Shown one piece after another: positions 62,776 through 63,872 of a stretch of 63,872 nucleotides of DNA. Position 1 is the first letter of the stretch, and every line of letters starts with the position of its first letter. The stretch is from Flavobacteriales bacterium. Its GTDB lineage: Bacteria > Bacteroidota > Bacteroidia > Flavobacteriales_D > Sanyastnellaceae. The notes beneath the pieces were generated by a model. That model was given only the letters and a program-made list of their open reading frames with translations, was not told the origin of the DNA and made no database searches. The stretch covers positions 1 through 63,872 of the forward strand of contig JAKMCX010000099.1 of NCBI GenBank assembly GCA_022428285.1, given 5' to 3'. Both the position numbers and the translations under genes were made by a program.

Positions 62776-63872
62776 ATGATGCCCAAAACCATCAACCTGG
62801 TTGCAGCCCTCTTCTGCTGTCTAACCACCGTCTTTTCCCAGCAGCAAGTTGTTGTGAATTCCGCTCCAGCCCCAGAGGGCTACGCACTCGAAGTCGAAGT
62901 TGTCTCAGAAGACCTCGGCGTTATAGTGGGTGCGCTCGGCGTAACTGACCTCACCGGGTACAGCTGTACGAGGCTTTACGTCACCATGAACAATGCGACG
63001 GACTTCATGTCCTCCGTTTCTGGTGATGCGACCAATCCAACTTATGTCAACACCACCTCCAGCTTCTTTCATGCTGAACTGGGCGGTGCGACTCCAGGTG
63101 GCATAAATCCTGTTATCTACGCTTTCTATCCTGACCTGCCTTATGACAGCTGGGTCACCGTGGGATTGGAGCAATCCTTCAATGCCGGTGCTGGCGAAGC
63201 GGCGGTGTCCGTCGTCCAATCAGGCGACAATCCCTGGTCTACCAACTTCGATCCAGGCTTTGGCGCTGCCGGAGCGAGCATTGCCATTGACGATGCCATC
63301 GGCGGAGCATGGTATGCATTGAACGGAGACGCCAACGGTGTCGCTGGCGATGACCTGCGCGTATTGGTGGGGCAGTTCACCACCGATGGCGACCTGAGCG
63401 GTCAATTGTACTGCCAGGTCTTCATCGAGGGAGATGGATCTGTCGAATTTCGCGACACCTTTTACTTTGGAGCAGGTGGCCCAATTTTGGGCTGTACCGA
63501 CGCTACCGCTTGTAACTACGACGAGCTGGCAACAGACGACGATGGTTCCTGCGAGTTACCGCTCGACCTCTACGGCAGCATCTACGTCGATTGTGATGGC
63601 GCTTGTTTGAGCGACTCCGACACCGACGGCATTTGTGATGAGGACGAAGTGGTCGGTTGCCAAGACGAGCTAGCATGCAATTACAACCCTGAGGCTACAG
63701 ATGCCGGGACATGTGAGTTTGCAGAGGCAGGTTTGGACTGTGATGGCAACTGCCTCAACGACGCAGACGGGGACCAGGTTTGTGATGAGGACGAAGTGGA
63801 TGGCTGCGACGATGCCACGGCCTGTAACTATGACCCCACAGCTACGGAAGATGATGGCTCCTGTACCTATCC
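62776..63872 (+). CDS. Secreted protein, 3'-truncated by the window end; carries the same Cys mini-modules as the 1539-aa protein plus Asp-rich Ca-binding-like repeats
   Basis: Not in the ORF track because it has no stop. ATG at 62776, frame checked open to 63872. Signal peptide MMPKTINLVAALFCCLTTVFS/QQ. Confidence 0.85.
   Translation, partial: MMPKTINLVAALFCCLTTVFSQQQVVVNSAPAPEGYALEVEVVSEDLGVIVGALGVTDLTGYSCTRLYVTMNNATDFMSSVSGDATNPTYVNTTSSFFHAELGGATPGGINPVIYAFYPDLPYDSWVTVGLEQSFNAGAGEAAVSVVQSGDNPWSTNFDPGFGAAGASIAIDDAIGGAWYALNGDANGVAGDDLRVLVGQFTTDGDLSGQLYCQVFIEGDGSVEFRDTFYFGAGGPILGCTDATACNYDELATDDDGSCELPLDLYGSIYVDCDGACLSDSDTDGICDEDEVVGCQDELACNYNPEATDAGTCEFAEAGLDCDGNCLNDADGDQVCDEDEVDGCDDATACNYDPTATEDDGSCTY
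63490..63552 (+). repeat. Cys-bounded mini-module (GCTDATACNYDELATDDDGSC)
   Basis: Same consensus as the nine copies in 7215..11834. Confidence 0.9.
63589..63872 (+). repeat. 147-nt (49-aa) tandem repeat, about 1.9 copies before the window ends
   Basis: Unit 1 (63589-63735) is DCDGACLSDSDTDGICDEDEVVGCQDELACNYNPEATDAGTCEF.. Unit 2 (63736 onward) is DCDGNCLNDADGDQVCDEDEVDGCDDATACNYDPTATEDDGSCTY. Each unit is an Asp-rich TSP3-like segment plus a Cys mini-module (63655-63714, 63802-63864). Confidence 0.85.

Noticed and set aside
1-63872. Searched by eye for CRISPR arrays, IS elements or transposases, toxin-antitoxin pairs, restriction-modification and other defence genes
   Set aside because: None found. 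The only repeated DNA is the intragenic module repeats in the surface-protein genes.

Overview
GC-rich chromosomal segment (by eye high-50s % GC, not computed) that looks like Bacteroidota: fused lpxC/fabZ, gldJ, porU-porV, a PorP/SprF-family gene, T9SS C-terminal sorting domains and sigma-54. It holds about 50 tightly packed protein genes on both strands plus tRNA-Val(TAC) and tRNA-Phe(GAA). Most genes are housekeeping: efp, rnhB, tyrS, murF, ispF, pdhA plus E2, recG, anmK, folC, gpmI, asnS, rpoN, galE, lpxD-lpxC/fabZ-lpxA, aroB and exbB-exbD-TonB-like. I saw no CRISPR array, transposase, integrase, phage genes or recognisable defence genes. The non-core content is five secreted or surface proteins. 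(1) A 1539-aa mosaic protein with 3 lamin-tail-like domains, a cupredoxin-like domain, 3 near-equal-length OB-like modules, 9 copies of a 21-aa Cys-bounded mini-module and a C-terminal Cys-flanked dockerin/EF-hand-like tag. (2) A secreted PAP2/vanadium-haloperoxidase-like enzyme carrying a duplicated version of the same tag. (3) A choice-of-anchor-L-like protein with a type B T9SS domain. (4) A type A T9SS cargo of unknown function. (5) A 3'-truncated paralogue with the same mini-modules at the window end. My best candidate for something undescribed is the dockerin-like tag and mini-module family, which coexists with canonical T9SS cargo and the porU-porV core. Also worth a look are an EF-P whose conserved modified Lys is replaced by Arg, twin palindromes in front of porU, and a DUF4301-like gene with UDP-sugar-pyrophosphorylase-like motifs next to galE. 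All domain calls come from motif recognition by eye; no searches were run, and family names and accessions are from memory.
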